Under the pieces are notes generated by a model. That model worked only from the letters and a program-made list of their open reading frames with translations, had not been told where the DNA came from and ran no database searches. A DNA stretch of 64,000 bases from Candidatus Latescibacterota bacterium (GTDB lineage Bacteria; Latescibacterota; UBA2968; GCA-2709665): assembly GCA_965248435.1 (NCBI GenBank), contig OZ252100.1:4992001-5056000 (forward strand). Reading direction: 5' to 3'. Below, piece after piece: positions 18,330 through 27,715 of this stretch (the first letter of the stretch is position 1; every line of letters begins with the position of its first letter). Both the position numbers and the translations under genes were made by a program.

Positions 18330-21035
18330 CTACCAAGGCTCGGATAACTTCTCAACAACATCCCTGCGTGCGAGTACTCGCGAGCAGAGCTCCCAACGGT
18401 CTTTGTCCGGATCGATCGTGCCTTGATATCGCATCTCGAAGACGTCTCGCGCTTGTTGGCGAAGGTGGATGTACTCATCCATCATCTCCTCGAGCATCTC
18501 GACGTTCTCGATCCACTCGTCCTCAATGGTATCGGGGAGGCCGCCGAAGATGTCGTATCGGTCTTTCATGCGTCGCGAAAGCACCTGATAGACCTTCTCG
18601 TCTTGGGTGTCGTGATAGACCAAGTTAAGCATGTCTACAGTGCGGCGCGCCTGGCCGATGCGTTTGATCCGGCCCAGCCGCTGCTCGAGGCGGGACGGGT
18701 TCCAGGGTAGGTCGACGTTGATCAACGTTCCCAGTGTCTGCAAGTTCAAACCCTCACAAGCCGCATCGGTCGCAACGACGAGGCGTATCTCCCGTTTCTT
18801 GACCGCCTCCTTGATTTCCTCGCGCTTGACAGCAGCGAAATCCTCGCCCCGAAACAGCCCACTCTTGCCAGTGCCCGCATAGACGCCTATGACCTCTCCG
18901 GGAAGGAGCTTCGCGAGCTCAGCACCGATGAAGTGCGCCGTGTCGTAGTACTGGCTGAAGATGATGCACCCGTGCTCGAGCCACGTCTTCCCATCGGTAC
19001 GATGTTCGGTGAGGAAGTACTGGACTGCCGCCAACTTAGGATCCCGCGCCTCCGGTCGCGACAATTCTTCCACGATCGTTCGCAGATGAGTCGCTTCGTC
19101 CGGACTCATCTCGTCCATCGCCTGCTCCACCAATCTCGTCTGCTCTTCCTCTTCGAGTTCCTCACGCTGCAACATCTTTTCCGCGGTCGACCGCCCCGAC
19201 GCAAAACTCGAGCAGATCCGCTGAAGCAGGAGTGTCTTCATGAATCCCGCCGCCTTGCTCCGCTGCCTCAAGGCCTCCGTAAACGCCTCCGCGGCCTGGT
19301 ACGCAAGGTCGAAGGGGTGATTCGTCAGCAGGCCCAAGCCGCTAAACTGGACACCGGCGTACGCTGTAGCGGGTGAATCCGGGTTTGGATGTACGTCGGC
19401 TCCGACCTTCTCAAGGAGGCCAGCCTCTTCGAGTGTTTGGCGACGCCGTAGGACGGTATGCCGGACCACCGGGTTGTGCTCGCGGAAGAATTCTGGAGCG
19501 AGTGCCTGCCCGATGGCTTGCTGTTCCAGGAAGCCGAGCGACCCGAAACCCCGATCGGTGAAGAAGGCTTGCTCGCCGACCCCTAAATGGAGGCGTAGGT
19601 TCGCAAACAAGGCGTCTTCGTCGCCGTGCGGCAAGGGGTTCCGCAGCCATTCCCACGCCTCGCGTTCTTCAACTAGCGCCTCATCTCCTTTGACGAGCGG
19701 CAGCGCCCTCTCCCAATTTCCCCACCGATCGAAGAACTCTCGGCCGAGGACAAAATCTGCGCCTCCGTTGAGGATTCGGAGAAGGTCCCAAAGTTCGTGG
19801 ACCTCGGTCTGGATCGGGGTGGCCGTCCCCAGCAGGAGGTTCCTTGTACGCGCTGCAATTCGGAGCATGAAGTCCAGAAGGTTGTTCGCTTCCCGCTTCT
19901 TCTCTCCAAGCCCTCCGCGGCGTCTCGCCCTGTGCGCCTCGTCGAGGACAACCGTCCCGAACTTGCGCTCAAGCAGGTGCTCCCGTTCATCAGAGTCGTG
20001 AAAGATCAGCCCGGTCGAGACAATGGCGATGCGAAACGGGCAGCGCGTGACGTCCTCGGGACCCCGCGTCCTGATGATGTGCCCCTTCGTATCAATCCAC
20101 ACCTTCTTGGTGGAAGACCAGACAGCACTCGGGATACCGAGTCTGTCAGTCAGCTCCACCTGCCACTGGAGCGTCAGGGTCGACGGGCACAGGATGAGCA
20201 CCGGCCCGTCACCCATGATTGCAGAAATCATCGCACTGGCTGCGAGCGAGAGCGTCTTGCCGACTCCGACCTCGTCGGCAAGCAGCAGCCGAGCGCTTCC
20301 GTATGTCTCTCGGTGCTGAAGGAACATGGTCACAAAAGAGCGCTGCCAGGGCTGGAGCTGCTCACCAGCGCGGTAGATCGGACTCTCGGCGAGAGCCGCC
20401 CCAGGGAGCTCCTCGGGACTCGCATCTTGGAACCGGATCTCGACCCGGTCGGCGACGCGCTTGATTTCCTTGAGGATGGCTTCGGGGAGCGGGTAGGAAT
20501 CCTTCCAGAGCGCCTCGAACTCCTCCTCGACCCAGGTCACGCCCTCCATCGAGGGATCTTCCCACAGGATCTCATAGTTGTGTGCGAATGCGCTCTTCGT
20601 CTCGTTAATCGAACCCAGAAAGCACGTTTTGCTGCCGTCCGGACCTTCGATGACACCGGCCTTGCCGTGAATGAAGATCCGGTCTTTGGGAACAACCCGA
20701 ATCTCAACTCGCCCGCTGGTCAGGAGCTCATGCAGGCGGCGATAGCGGTCCCGGTGCAGCAGCGCTTCCACCTCTGAAGGCGCTTCGTACCAGCGTTCCT
20801 TCAGGGCGGTCTCTCGAACGTGCTTCGAGATGACGACATCGGCAGCGTCGAGCTCGCTGTTGCAAACGATCTGAACCTTCGGGACTGCAGCGATCTCTTC
20901 ACCCACCAACTCGAAGATGGAGCTACGGAAATAGCCCGCGATGCGTTTGTAGGAGCTCGCCTGTTTCAGCCTTGCACTGAGAAAGGCATGGTCGAGCCGT
21001 TGGCGGCGGGAGGAAAAACGATTGATTTCGCTCAC
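18330..21035 (-). CDS. PLD-domain SNF2 helicase of the DUF499/DUF3780/DUF1156 restriction-like anti-phage system
   Basis: IHGKAG..GSINET (PLD HKD-like), LADEVGVGKT, DEAH, TATP, EGLNLQ, WNPSRLEQRLGRIKR. Confidence 0.88.
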   Translation of the reverse strand: MSEINRFSSRRQRLDHAFLSARLKQASSYKRIAGYFRSSIFELVGEEIAAVPKVQIVCNSELDAADVVISKHVRETALKERWYEAPSEVEALLHRDRYRRLHELLTSGRVEIRVVPKDRIFIHGKAGVIEGPDGSKTCFLGSINETKSAFAHNYEILWEDPSMEGVTWVEEEFEALWKDSYPLPEAILKEIKRVADRVEIRFQDASPEELPGAALAESPIYRAGEQLQPWQRSFVTMFLQHRETYGSARLLLADEVGVGKTLSLAASAMISAIMGDGPVLILCPSTLTLQWQVELTDRLGIPSAVWSSTKKVWIDTKGHIIRTRGPEDVTRCPFRIAIVSTGLIFHDSDEREHLLERKFGTVVLDEAHRARRRGGLGEKKREANNLLDFMLRIAARTRNLLLGTATPIQTEVHELWDLLRILNGGADFVLGREFFDRWGNWERALPLVKGDEALVEEREAWEWLRNPLPHGDEDALFANLRLHLGVGEQAFFTDRGFGSLGFLEQQAIGQALAPEFFREHNPVVRHTVLRRRQTLEEAGLLEKVGADVHPNPDSPATAYAGVQFSGLGLLTNHPFDLAYQAAEAFTEALRQRSKAAGFMKTLLLQRICSSFASGRSTAEKMLQREELEEEEQTRLVEQAMDEMSPDEATHLRTIVEELSRPEARDPKLAAVQYFLTEHRTDGKTWLEHGCIIFSQYYDTAHFIGAELAKLLPGEVIGVYAGTGKSGLFRGEDFAAVKREEIKEAVKKREIRLVVATDAACEGLNLQTLGTLINVDLPWNPSRLEQRLGRIKRIGQARRTVDMLNLVYHDTQDEKVYQVLSRRMKDRYDIFGGLPDTIEDEWIENVEMLEEMMDEYIHLRQQARDVFEMRYQGTIDPDKDRWELCSRVLARRDVVEKLSEPW

Positions 21036-21340
21036 ACGTCCTCCAGCGTGTGCCAGTCTTCAGGGGCTAGACCTCGGAGGAATGAACCCACGATGTCCAA
21101 CACACGTTGCTCAGCTGCGTACTGGATATGCTCTCGAAGGCGCAGCTGCTTCTCTGGTGCGCTAGTATGCCACCAAGCGCCAAGAATAAGCGGGAGTGCG
21201 GGATTCCAATCCCCGCCTTCCCTCCGTTTGCCTGGCAGCATCTCCCAAAGCGCTTTCCAATGCTGCGGCTGCGGGCAGACCCGCCGCTCAGCCTGAACAT
21301 AGGAAAGAAGACTCGTGAGGTTTTCAGAGTTGTTTGCCAT
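21032..21340 (-). CDS. Small hypothetical protein
   Basis: ATG 21340 sits 4 bp after the DUF1156 stop and the stop overlaps the helicase start; RVCPQPQHW..LW..LP and PLILGAWW. Confidence 0.65.
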   Translation of the reverse strand: MANNSENLTSLLSYVQAERRVCPQPQHWKALWEMLPGKRREGGDWNPALPLILGAWWHTSAPEKQLRLREHIQYAAEQRVLDIVGSFLRGLAPEDWHTLEDV

Positions 21341-21344
21341 CGTT

Positions 21345-24300
21345 TCACCCGAGCCGCTGGTTCTTGACCAGCTCGCGGAGTACGCGCGCGGCGCTCGCTT
21401 CTTCGGGGCGCAAGCTCTCAAGTCGGTTGGCGAGGTAATCGGCGAGCTCCACGGCGAGCTCACGCTGGGTCAGGTCGCCGTAGTAATTGGGCACGTTGAG
21501 CATGAGGTGGGCCAGTACCTCGCTCCCGTCCACGTTCTTGACCAGCTCCATCAGCGCGAACAACGCGGCCCGCAGTACCGATTGGTGAAGCTCGGAGCCG
21601 TCGCCCATTTCGGCGCGGGCAAGCTCAACCGCACTCTTGAGCCGCGCGTTGTTGGCCTTGTGGCTGCCCATCAACGGTTTGAAGTCGCGTACCTTGAACG
21701 ATTTCGCGAAGTTCTGGTAGTTGTCGAGCGTCTTCTGGCCTCTGGCTTCAAGGTCGAGCATCTTCAAATAGAAACGCTCAGCGGGAAGCAACTTGTCCCA
21801 TTGCGACTTGGGAAGGCCCCGGGGTACAAGGCACTGGTTGGCCGTATCCACGGCGAAAGCGATCAGGCCGTCGACGAAGGTTGTCTCGCCCCTGACACGC
21901 GGCCGGACCGCTTCCGCGGTCATATTGCGACCGTCTATGATAGCGTAGCGGGTAAGCACACGCAGAGCCGCCGCGTAGCCCGCCATTTGGATGTCGGCGT
22001 CTTCAAAGACGTTCTCGTCGCGGTAGAGGCCCTTGGCCTCTTGGTTCAGGCCGGAAAGTGCCTGTACCTGTGATTCGACTTCCTCCTGGATCTCCCAAGC
22101 GAGGTCATCGCGAGTCGTCTTGTGCATCCCCTCGCGCTTGCGCAGGACGAGGAGGACCGTTCCTTTTACGTAGCTTCCTTCGCGGAGGACGCTGTCCGTC
22201 TCGGTGACCACGTACCAGGCCGCAGTGACGCGTAGCCCGGCCGCCCACACGATGTTCGCCATGTCAGCCCAGATCGAGCCGGATTGATGAGTGAACATAA
22301 TGATCAGGATCCCATTGTCCGGCATGCATTCCGTCATACGCCGATATGCGGTCACCATCCCGCGCCGGAAGTCCTCGTCTTCGCCCTTGATAGCGAGCGA
22401 GCGGCGACTGTCCCAAACCCACTCAGCGAATTCGGGGTGCGGATTCTTGCGCAGCCAAGCAATGAAGAATTCTAGTATCTCGTCATAGTTCACTGCGTCG
22501 CCGTACGGTGGATCAGTTATGCACACGTCGAAATTAGCCGACACGTCCGCTGCCGGCTGGCAGGCTATTTCCCAATCACCATGTGAGACGCTGTGAGGAA
22601 AGGCCCCGCCAAAAAGTTCGAGAAGCGGAAAACTCGCTCGGCACCCATAGTTATAGAATGTGTTGAGTGCTTGGTTGTAGTAGACGTGGGCAGGATTATC
22701 GCTTGCACCTCCCGTCCGGCCGCCTTCGCCAGACTTGCTCGAGCCAGCTTTCGAAGTAGTCCACTGGCACAGTTTGCTTGTATAATCTAGGATTCGGGCG
22801 AGTAGCAGGGTGTGCTCACCGCCGGTTGCTTCTCGCCTCAGCATGCCGAGCAACATCAGGTGCCGGGGCGGGAATAGGTGATGCCAGTACGTCCAGCCTC
22901 GCTCGCGCAATAGGCGCGTTGTCTCCGCGCCAGGTTCGATGCGCATGTCCGGCAGCCATCCCTTGCTCTGCCATTCCGTAAGATGTCGGGCGACGAATTC
23001 CTCGACAACTCGCTCTCGGTCAAGATCGTTTTCCGATACGGACCGGAACTCGTAGTCAAATTGTTTGCCCGTTTTCTTGCTTCTCATCCAATGAACAGCA
23101 TAGAGACGCTCCTGAAAGAGGTCGTCTAACCGCGGTTTGAAATCCGAATTTTCCCAAAGCCGCAGCCTGTTGTCAATTGTTCCGTCAGAAGTCCGGTGGT
23201 CTCCACGCAATGTAGAAATCTTCGTTCGATACTCTAGGCCATCAACCGTGTGTATGAGATAAGGCTCCCGACCTCGGCCGTCGTTTTTCACCGTTCCCTT
23301 CGATGCGGCTGCCATTTCCGCTTCTGACGCACCGGACCGCACAAGAATGTCGTAGCATTTCTCTGGAGCGCGCGGTTCGAGTTCTGCAATGGCCCTGTTT
23401 TTGAAGCTGAGTATTCTGGAAGGAATCAATGGTACTTTCCATCCAGTTTGCGGACAGCGCACCTCAAGACAGTAGAGGTAGGCCTTCGCGCGCCAACCAT
23501 CACCGTCAGTCTCGATGCCCAGCTTGTCAATCTCTGCATTCACTCTACGTACAAGCTCCTGCTGGGACTTAGCGAGTATCTTTCTGCTTTTTTCCGTGCC
23601 ACCCACGATATTCAGGGCTCCCCAGGTGAGCATGCACGCGACAGGGTTCAATTCCGAAGCGTATACGTCACAGCCAAGCCTTGCCGCCTCGAATGGAATC
23701 TGTCCAGATCCGCAGAAAGTGTCGGCGACTCGCGTGCGGTGGCCAAAGCGCATTATGCCGAGCTGTTCAATCAACTCCGGAAATGATTGGGCGCTTGTCC
23801 CGAGGTGGGAGTTTACCGCATCCCAGATGTGGACGTGCACTGTGTCCATCACCTCTTCGGGCCGCTTCGCCGCGCCCACTCGCTCCCGATACGGCCTCCT
23901 GGGAAGTGCTTGCGCCACGAGCCTGCGTCGCTTAAGCTCAGGCAAGTCCTTGCGCCAGGAAACCTTGATCCCGTCGTACTTGGGATTGGACCAGTCTACT
24001 GGCGCGGATTCAGGCAGCACTCCCTGCGGATCGACCGTGAAGTAATCGGTGATTCGAGCAATAGAGATGGCTTCGAGAATCACCTTCGGCTTTAGGCGGC
24101 TCTTCCACCGAGCGACAAAGGACTCGTCGTCCATTGCCATCAGCTTTTCAAAGATCTCGAGGTCCCGGGGAGAGTCATCAGTCGCCGGCAGCAGGCAACC
24201 GAGGATGCACGCCTTGCTTAGGAGAAGCGGCTTCCGCCCCTTCCAATAGGCACCGAGTTTCACAAGAGTTTGACCAGTGCCCGCCTTTCTTTCCTTGAAC

Positions 24301-24389
24301 ACCTCGGCGGAGAGCTTCTGCACAGGCAGCAGGTGCTCGATAAGGGCAGGTGTGTCCTTTAGAGAGAACGGAGTAAGCATGTCATTCAT
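21345..24389 (-). CDS. DUF1156-domain adenine DNA methyltransferase (anti-phage associated)
   Basis: YWKGRKPL, DTFCGSGQIPFEA (SAM motif I), ITDPPYGD (motif IV); start placed at MNDML just after the upstream stop. Confidence 0.87.
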   Translation of the reverse strand: MNDMLTPFSLKDTPALIEHLLPVQKLSAEVFKERKAGTGQTLVKLGAYWKGRKPLLLSKACILGCLLPATDDSPRDLEIFEKLMAMDDESFVARWKSRLKPKVILEAISIARITDYFTVDPQGVLPESAPVDWSNPKYDGIKVSWRKDLPELKRRRLVAQALPRRPYRERVGAAKRPEEVMDTVHVHIWDAVNSHLGTSAQSFPELIEQLGIMRFGHRTRVADTFCGSGQIPFEAARLGCDVYASELNPVACMLTWGALNIVGGTEKSRKILAKSQQELVRRVNAEIDKLGIETDGDGWRAKAYLYCLEVRCPQTGWKVPLIPSRILSFKNRAIAELEPRAPEKCYDILVRSGASEAEMAAASKGTVKNDGRGREPYLIHTVDGLEYRTKISTLRGDHRTSDGTIDNRLRLWENSDFKPRLDDLFQERLYAVHWMRSKKTGKQFDYEFRSVSENDLDRERVVEEFVARHLTEWQSKGWLPDMRIEPGAETTRLLRERGWTYWHHLFPPRHLMLLGMLRREATGGEHTLLLARILDYTSKLCQWTTSKAGSSKSGEGGRTGGASDNPAHVYYNQALNTFYNYGCRASFPLLELFGGAFPHSVSHGDWEIACQPAADVSANFDVCITDPPYGDAVNYDEILEFFIAWLRKNPHPEFAEWVWDSRRSLAIKGEDEDFRRGMVTAYRRMTECMPDNGILIIMFTHQSGSIWADMANIVWAAGLRVTAAWYVVTETDSVLREGSYVKGTVLLVLRKREGMHKTTRDDLAWEIQEEVESQVQALSGLNQEAKGLYRDENVFEDADIQMAGYAAALRVLTRYAIIDGRNMTAEAVRPRVRGETTFVDGLIAFAVDTANQCLVPRGLPKSQWDKLLPAERFYLKMLDLEARGQKTLDNYQNFAKSFKVRDFKPLMGSHKANNARLKSAVELARAEMGDGSELHQSVLRAALFALMELVKNVDGSEVLAHLMLNVPNYYGDLTQRELAVELADYLANRLESLRPEEASAARVLRELVKNQRLG

Positions 24390-24393
24390 CCCA

Positions 24394-25660
24394 TTACCCG
24401 ATCCGCTGGTTGCTAATGAGTTCGCGAAGCACCCGCCCACCGCTCGCCTCTTCGGGGCGCAAACTGTCAAGCCGGTTGGCGAGGTAATCGGCGAGCTCCA
24501 CAGCGAGCTCACGCTGTGTCATGTCACCGTAGTAATTGGGCACGTTGAGCATGAGGTGGGCCAGTACCTCGCTCCCGTCCACATTCTTGACCAGCTCCAT
24601 CAGCGCGTACAGCACGGCCCGCAGTACTGATTGGTGAAGCTCCGAGGCGTCGCCCATCTCCGCGCGGCCGAGCTCCGTCGCACTCTTGAGCCGCGCGTCG
24701 TTCGCCTTGCGGCTCCCCATCAGAACCTGGAAGTCGCGTACCTTGAACGCCTTAGCGAAGTTCTGGTAGTTGTCGAGCGTCTTCGCGCCCCGGGCCTCCA
24801 GGTCGAGCATCTTCAAATAGAAGCGCTCAGCCGGAAGCAGCTTGTCCCAGTTCGACTTGGGGAGGCCCTCCGGTACGAGGCACTGGTTGGCCGTATCCAC
24901 GGCGAATGCAATCAGCCCGTCCACGAAGGTCGTCTCGCCTTTGACACGCGGCCGGATCGCCTCGGCGGTCATGTCGCGGCCGTCGATCACGGCATAGCGA
25001 GTGAGCACACGCAGGGCCGCCGCGTAGCCCGCCATCTGGATGTCGGCGTCCTCGAAGACATTCTCGTCGCGGTAGAGGCCCTTGGCCTCCTGGTTAAGGC
25101 CGGAAAGTGCCTCCACCTGCGCTTCGACTTCCTCCTGGATTTCCCAAGCGAGATCGTCGCGGGTGGTCTTGTACTCCCCTTCGCGCTTACGAAGGACCAG
25201 GAGCACGGTGCCCTTGACGTAGCTTCCTTCGCGGAGTGGGCTGTCGGTCTCGGTGACGACGTACCAAGCCGCGGTGACATGAAGTCCGGACGCCCAGACG
25301 ATGTTCGCCATGTCGGCCCAGATCGAGCCAGACTGATGAGTAAACATGATGACCTGGATGCCATTGTCGGGCATACAATCGGTCATCCGTCGATACGCGG
25401 CAACCATCCCTCGGCGAAAGTCCTCGTCTTCACCCTTGATCGCGAGTGACCGGCGGCAGTCCCACACCCACTCGGCAAACTCGGGCGGCGGCCTCCTGCG
25501 AAACCAAGCGACGAAGAAATCCAGGATCTCCTCGTACTTCACTGCATCGCCGTATGGCGGATCAGTGATATATACGTCGTTAACATCATCAAGTTGCTCG
25601 GCAGAAGCCGCCTTCACTGCGTACTTGATGTTGCCTGGGACCGGGAACCACTTGTAGTTC
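24394..25660 (-). pseudogene. N-terminally truncated second DUF1156 methyltransferase (C-terminal ~40%)
   Basis: From ITDPPYGDAV to NQRIG nearly collinear with the C-terminus of 21345-24389; lacks motif I and the DUF1156 domain. Confidence 0.82.
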
Positions 25661-25714
25661 TGCAGCCCTCTTTTGTCAGTATATCTGCCCGGATAAGGAA
25701 GTCGTTAAAGCGTA

Positions 25715-27296
25715 TTGCCGGTTCGAAAATGGTTGTCCTTTCTTCCTTCAATAACTCACTCGTCTGTTTCGAAGAGGGAATACGAAAAGGCAAAACAGGA
25801 ACTTGTGCGGCGCGGTCTGGTTGCGCTTGGAGCGGGAAAGGGTGGTAGCATTCGTCGTAAGCACAACGTGGAGAATAGCGATGATCAGTACTATGCTAAG
25901 ACGCCTATAGCACAAATGCAAGGAAATCAACCGGCACATGCTGAAGTTGGCGCTCCAACTACAACGGAAACTGACGAACTCAATATATCTGAGGACGAAG
26001 ATGATGAGAGCAACGAGGAAGTTGAAGCCCCCGCAGCTGCGGGTCGTCACATCTTTTCGGATAAATCTGATCCAAGCGTCTCAGAGCCTCTACATACGCT
26101 ACAAGGAAGGGGATCTTATCCTTCAGTCGGATTTTCAGCGTCAGTTCGTTTGGGACGTTAGTAAGTGCAGTCGTTTGATCGAATCAGCCATTCTCGAAGT
26201 CCCTCTCCCGATGATATATCTAGCCGAAGAAGAAGATGGACGCGAAGCTGTAATCGATGGGCAGCAGCGTCTCACGGCCTTCTTCAACTTTCTGGATGCG
26301 GTCTACGCTCTGCGGAGCATGACAGTTTTGCAGGAGCTAAATGGAAGCTATTTCAAGGATCTTGACCGCGCCATCCAGAACAAGATCAAGCGTTGCTCCC
26401 TTCGAACAACGACTATCAAAAAGGAATCAAGTGAGAACCTGAGATTTGAGATTTTTGAAAGACTAAATACTGGAGCAGTTTCACTTAATGACCAGGAGCT
26501 TCGCAACTGCATCTTTAGGGGCCGGTACAACGAGCTCTTGAAGGAGCTTTCGCATGATTCCGAATTCCGAGCTGCTGTGGGTATCAAGCGCGTTGAGCGA
26601 CGAATGCGCGATGTCGAACTGGTGCTGAGATTCGCCGCATTCTTTCACGCTTCCTATTTGAACTACAGACCGCCCATGCGTCGATTTTTGAACGACGATA
26701 TGAAGCGATTCCGTGAGATCTCGAGATCAGATGAACAGGAACTTCGGACCGCTTTCAAGAATTCTGTAGCCATCATCAGGACCTTGTTCGGAAAGCACGT
26801 GTTCAGGAGACTGTATAGGGGAACATCCGAGGAGCACACAGGGGGGTGGGAACAGAAAACCTTTAGCGCATCGCTCTATGATGTTTTGATGTTCAGTTTC
26901 GCCCGTAGTGACAAGAACACCGTCTATCGCAATCTCGATGAGATCCGAGAGACGTTTCTTGATCTTTTGACGCAGAATGACGAATTCATTGAGACGATTG
27001 AAAGAGGTACAAGCAACAAGGTGATGATCACCCGGCGCTTTGATCTATGGAGGACGGCGTTAGAGAAATTACTAGACCACGAAACTACGCCCGAGACGCG
27101 GTGCTTTTCGTACAAGCTAAAGGAAGAGCTGTATGAGAATGATCCTACGTGTACACTGTGTGGACAGCGGATCCAAATGATTGATGATGCGTCCGTTGAT
27201 CACATCGAGCAATATGCCCATGGTGGCCGGACTATACCGGAAAACGCGCGACTAACGCATCGATACTGTAACTGGGCACGTGCGAGGAGTGATTGA
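25715..27296 (+). pseudogene. DUF262 (GmrSD/ParB-like) plus HNH nuclease with a +1 frameshift near 26081
   Basis: First frame ...IFSDKSDPSV joins second frame QSLYIRYK..DFQRQFVW, VIDGQQRLT, FERLNTG; C-terminal CTLC..DHI..GG...N..HRYCN. Confidence 0.78.
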
Positions 27297-27408
27297 TCCG
27301 CCAAGATGCCTTTTGAAATCCCTATCATTGCAGGGGCTGAGCGAGAGATGGCAGATCTAGTCGATTGCTGAATAGAAACGCTTGAAGAGATACGATTCTA
27401 AACACGCG

Positions 27409-27450
27409 CCTGGTGATCAGTACTTCACCAGGTGTTTATTTTTCTCTTTT
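27409..27450 (+). terminator. Intrinsic terminator at the right end of the defence island
   Basis: cctggtga-tcagtact-tcaccagg followed by tgtttatttttctctttt. Confidence 0.7.
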
Positions 27451-27484
27451 GGCCGTCTGCGGTCTGTGGTCTGCCGTCTGCTCT

Positions 27485-27524
27485 TCACCACGTATTAATC
27501 TCATGCCCATTCCCCGGAAACCAT
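27485..27524 (-). pseudogene. 3'-terminal remnant of a DUF6785-like gene
   Basis: Reverse strand reads WFPGNGHEINTW-stop, identical to the end of 29901-31841. Confidence 0.7.
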
Positions 27525-27627
27525 GAAGGCCCGTATTTCGTATCTCGGGGCGATTGACCTACCCTTCAACGGACACAGCCCGACCGCCTATTTTCTCTTG
27601 ATTTGTTGTTTATTACCGACTTAGAGC

Positions 27628-27715
27628 AATTTTCCAGACGTCTGGAATATTGGGTTATAGATCGAATCGTTGTTTTTTAGTGATTTAGAACAATTTTCCA
27701 CGCGCGTGGAATATT
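27628..27715. promoter_or_regulatory. Pair of 24-bp palindromes, 64-bp period (putative protein-binding sites)
   Basis: aattttcca-gacgtc-tggaatatt (27628-27651) and aattttcca-cgcgcg-tggaatatt (27692-27715). Confidence 0.55.

Noticed and set aside
26060-26100. Programmed ribosomal frameshift in the DUF262-HNH gene
   Set aside because: No slippery sequence or evident stimulator; a point insertion or sequencing error is more likely.
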